64,000 nt of DNA from Eledone cirrhosa (Eukaryota), in NCBI GenBank assembly GCA_964016885.1, contig OZ024743.1:301754001-301818000 (forward strand). The letters run 5' to 3'. Shown piece by piece: positions 59,473-64,000 of the stretch. The notes under the pieces are model-generated. The model saw only the letters and a list, made by a program, of their open reading frames with translations, was not told the origin of the DNA and made no database searches. Both the position numbers and the translations under genes were made by a program. Each line of letters opens with the position of its first letter. Within the stretch, counting starts at the first letter, position 1.

Positions 59473-61358
59473 GGTCGACCATCGTTACCTAGCGGCAGTC
59501 CTGAAGGCGGCTGGCTTTGCGCCCGTCTACAGAGGCTGGATCGCTGCCATGCACAGCCATATCTGCTCTGTGGTGAGAGTGAACCGTCACCTTTCAGAAC
59601 GGTTCAACATCATGCGCTCGGTCAGCCAAGGATGTCCCCTCTCGTCCCTCTTGTACGTATTGACTCTCGAGCAATTACTGCACAAACTGGAGGCATGAGG
59701 GGCGTCCCGCGCGAACTAGGCTGCGGAAGATCCGTGTCTGGATATGCGGAGGATGTCACCGTAGAGGTTTCGAACGGCAAGCACATCGAGGCGATCGGCA
59801 CTACACTAAGAGAATACGAAGCGGTGACAGGAGCAATGATCAACCAAGCAAAGACAGTGGGGCTGCAACTCGGCACCTGGAGAGGCAGGTCCATGCCGTC
59901 CAACAGCGTTGTCGGGCGCTGGACGGACGGACAGGTTAAATTGCTAGGGCCTGGTTCGGTCCGGACATCGAGACGGACAAAAACTGGGAGGAGGTGACGA
60001 GCAGGGTGGATTCTCTCACCGAGAAATGGGCGGAGAGGAAGCTATCCCTGAAAGGTCGAGCGGAGGTGGGTAACGCGTACATCGCCTCCGTCATCTGCTA
60101 CCGCCTGACCGTCGTACCTTGTCCTAAGCTCTTCCTGACTGCGCTGGAGCATTTGCTCTTTCGCTTGTTGTGGAAGGGACGCACTCCGATGGTCAGGTGG
60201 TCCATCTGTTGTCAACACCCACTACCTGGAGGGCTAGTCATGCTGTGGCTGATGATGCGCAGACACGCGCTCAGGCTACGACATCTCTACCTCTTCCTCG
60301 ACGGTGACCAGGTGTGGTCGATGTTGGCTAGACGCGTCTTTCCCCAGCTCGTTTCCTTGACGGAGCTGCAGTCCTGGGTCAAGCGAAGACCGAGAGGCAG
60401 CGCTTGGGGACTGGAATGTCTTCAGGCGCTCACAGCCCTTGACCAATCGGGTAATGTGATTGGTGGAAACTCCACCTCGGCGTTTTATAGAGGATTAGTG
60501 GAGGGGAAGAGCGACGACGTAATTGGGGGAACTCTAGGCCTCGACGAAAATCAACTAGCCAATCTCTTCGGAAGAACTTTCGGGCCGGGGCCTATGGACA
60601 ACTTCCAGAAATCCCTGGCCTGGCAGTGCTACCGAGGAGCCTTGCCAGTTCGGGATAAACTCTACAGGCATGGAGTTGCCGTCAGCCGGGCATGTCCAAG
60701 ATGCGCGCAGGGCGACGAAACCCTCCTGCACGCACTCGTCCAGTGTCCGAGAATTGCTGACTTGTGGGTTTATGTGGAACACCTGCTGTCGCGTGTAGGA
60801 CGAATCCGGTTATAAGCTGAGTCCATCGTGAGGATTGCCCCGCCCTCTTCCTTTAGCCGGGAAGGGCAGGCAGCTTTTTTCTGTCTGGTGGCCATGGCGA
60901 AAGAGATAGTATGGTGGACACGTTTGAAAGGGCTGAAGACGAGCACTTACCTCTTCGGTGATGCTCTGATTGACTTTTTCAAGTTTCATTTGAAAAGGAA
61001 AATCAGGGTAGAGAGGGAAGTGCTCTCTTCCCTGCCTTTTGTTGAAAGATGAGTGAGAGAAGCAAGAATGGTCCGAGTGAATGAGCCTACTCTGAGTATG
61101 TGTCTGTAAATTAAAGGTGAAAAAGTGGGAGAGGGCACTTGCCCTGGAGGTCAGGGTCACTGTGGCCTTTTAATGGGCTTTCTCCACATATGTGCCTCGG
61201 AAGTCTCCCCCCTATTGGGGAAGTTTTCATTGTTATTTTTTTGGTACATCCTCTGTTTTTGTTTTTTACACGCAGAAATGCCCATTTGTACCGTCCTGTA
61301 TTGTCCTGCAGTGTCCTTAATGTCTACGTTATGTAAACCCTTGTGGTTAATAAAGAAA

Positions 61359-61360
<2 letters not shown>
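59473..61360 (+). mobile_element. 3' half of a decayed Tx1-clade LINE (begins at RT ...VDHRYL), ends in (ATT)n
   Basis: ORFs 59459-59698, 59455-59997, 59994-60815 and 60828-61052 homologous to ORF2; 3' end CCCTTGTGGTTAATAAAGAAATC. Confidence 0.92.
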
Positions 61361-61417
<57 letters not shown>

Positions 61418-61461
61418 GTTGCTGTTGGTGTTGTTGTTGTTGGTATTATTATTATTATTAT

Positions 61462-61851
61462 TGGTAGTATCGGTAGAGGGTCGGACATACTTTCCAGCAT
61501 AGTTACGTCCCTTTACGATCTGAGTTCAAATCCCGCCGAGGTTAACTTTGCCTTTCATCCTTGCGGGGTCGATGAAATAAAGTACCAGTAATGTACTGAG
61601 ATAATTGCTGTCTTTGTGCCAAAAGTAGAAACAATTATCATTATTATTATTATTATTAAAGGCCGGTGGATTGGCAGTATCGGTAGAGGGTCGGACGCCA
61701 TGCTTTGTAGAATAGTTACGTCCCTTTACGATCTGAGTTCAAATCCCGCCGAGGTTGACTTTGCCTTTCATCCTTACGGGGTCGATAAAATAAAGTACCA
61801 GTAATGCACTGGGTAATTGCTGGCCTTGTGCCTAAAGTAGAAACAATTATT
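61462..61851 (+). mobile_element. Two SINE copies (61462-61640, 61661-61851) in the (ATT)n tail of a LINE
   Basis: Consensus match; separated and flanked by (ATT)n. Confidence 0.92.
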
Positions 61852-62304
61852 ATTATTATTATTGTTATCGCTGTTGTTATTGATGTTATTATCATTATCA
61901 TTATTGTTGTTTGTCGTTCTTGATGGAATTGATGCTCATTATAATTTAAAGAATGCTAATGCACTCTAACAATCAAACGGCTTCGTTTGAATACATTGTG
62001 AATTGAATACTGAAAGATATAAATCCTAGTCAAAATTTGCATATGAATTATGCAATGATTCTTCATTCATTGAACAAATGTATTCGCTGAATGAATACAT
62101 ATTTCCTAGAAATACATGTATATGTCAAATTATTCATATAGAGAGTAACATGAATGCACGGATGTTAAGTGTGTGTATAATATACACGACTTTTGTTGTC
62201 ACTGACACAAACAATTTAATTACAATGTTACTATTGCGTATATATAGATGTATGTGTCTATATGCGTAATAATGTGAGTAGGTCAGTTTTTGCATATGTA
62301 TACA

Positions 62305-62399
<95 letters not shown>

Positions 62400-62600
62400 G
62401 AAGGAAGTGTGGTAAGGTACCAGATGGACCATAACGCAACAGAGTACTCAATACTTAGGATAGTAGAGTGGGTAATAGGAAAATGTTAAACACCGACCGC
62501 AGAGCTCAAGCCGTTTCGACGGCTATTTCTGGACCAGATATAGCCGTCGGATCGGCTTGAGCTCTACCATTGGTGTCTAACATGTTCCTATATATCTATC

Positions 62601-62717
<117 letters not shown>

Positions 62718-62922
62718 ATGTATATATTTATATATAGATATTATATAAATGAAAATAGATAAATTAATGTGAGCAAGAAGCCAACAGTATTTCATAATAT
62801 ATAAGTGACTATAATTATTTTATTTTATATATATATATTATATATATATATATATATACGATATTAACAAATGGAAACTATGTGTATAAAACCATATTTA
62901 TTTCATTATACATATTTCAAGG

Positions 62923-64000
62923 GCCCACGCGTGCCAGGTTCCCTAGCTACATTCTCTACGATGTATCGCATGATGTGGAGGTTGTCGTGGATGGATATGT
63001 CGGGAATGGCGCATATCTTCGCCTCTCCCACCAGACCACCAACGACAAGCGCCAACCTCTTTGCTAGCACCTTGGCCAAAACCTTGAACTCTGTGTTTAG
63101 CAGAGTTATGGGCCTGAAATTATCTATGTTATCCCCCTTGTTCGGATCCTTTCTCAGCAGCCCCACCGCTTCTCGGCTCACAGAGCTGGGAATTCTCCCG
63201 TTCTTTTGCCAGTTGCAGTAGACGTCCGCCAAGTGGGCTCCGAACAAGTCTGGCATCGGTCCGAAAAGTTCATAGAGCAGACCATCCAAACCAGGCGATT
63301 TACCACTTGTGCAGCCAGTCATTGCCTCCCGTACCTCAGCGGCTGTTATCGGCCTTTCTCAATACTCCGCTTGAGTGGCCGCGGTAGTCCGTCGAGGTAG
63401 ACACTAAAGTCCATCCCTCGACCCGGCCCACCGCTGCCCCCGAACAGTTGGTCGAAATGTCGCTAAAAAGCTTAACACATTTGCCCGGGATCGTGTAGCA
63501 TGCGCCCGTCGTGGCCCACCACAGACCGGATCGTGGCTTTGTTGCCAAGATGTGCCTCCGCCACTCGGGCCCATTGAACGGCTTTCGTCCCCTCGTGTGT
63601 GAGAGCACGCACCCTAGCTCTGACAACGCAGCCTTCGTGCTTTGCATAGAAGAATTGGTCAGGGGCCAATTTCGCCGCAAGTACGTCGGTCGCGATGCCT
63701 TTGCTAAGCGCCTCGTCTAATTGTCTAAGGACGCGTTTAGCTTCCAGTAGCCGGGTCCTCGTCTATGAAGCCTATCTAAGTCAAGCACACAGGTCCGTGT
63801 AGCTGACTATCTTGAATTCTGGACAGCCTTAGCCACACCTATTTATTTCCCTACAAAATACTCTATCTAGATATGATCTGGATGACACTATGCGGTTTGT
63901 TCAAGTCCACATTGGCACATTCGGAAAATCCAATTGGTACCTGTCAGACAGTTCAAAACGCTTGGGCAGGTTCGTGATGCTCTTTCACCCTCCTCCCCTA
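62923..64000 (-). mobile_element. 5' half of a decayed Tx1-clade LINE (end of APE through early RT), runs off the window
   Basis: KSPGLDG, FRPITLLNTE, IHDNLHIMRY in ORF 62906-63322; GPGYWKLN-like sequence near 63740. Confidence 0.9.

Overview
AT-rich, microsatellite-saturated animal genomic DNA. The SINE and repeat style suggests an octopod cephalopod, but this is inference only. No host gene can be called with confidence; there is one weak candidate 75-nt exon. The window is nearly all transposon-derived: one full-length, apparently intact two-ORF L1/Tx1-clade LINE (34.7-40.4 kb, minus) and two decayed relatives; at least six families of Penelope-like elements (PLEs: Naiad-, Neptune- and other GIY-YIG types); 13 copies of a tRNA-derived Meta-domain SINE; CORE-SINE fragments; an internally deleted mariner; non-autonomous Helitrons; and RTE, CRE and R4/Dong fragments. 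Features the ORF track does not show: (i) about 13 minimal type-I hammerhead ribozyme motifs from about 7 unrelated PLE termini, two families with a compensated U3-A8 core; (ii) fold-back palindromes built from these ribozyme-bearing termini; (iii) a 24-nt motif shared by otherwise unrelated PLE ends next to (TA)n tracts; (iv) a reconstructable 3.45-kb inversion with breakpoints in a hammerhead and a LINE RT; (v) a shared SINE/Tx1-LINE 3' tail. Family and clade names come from motifs read by eye, not database searches, and repeat boundaries are approximate.
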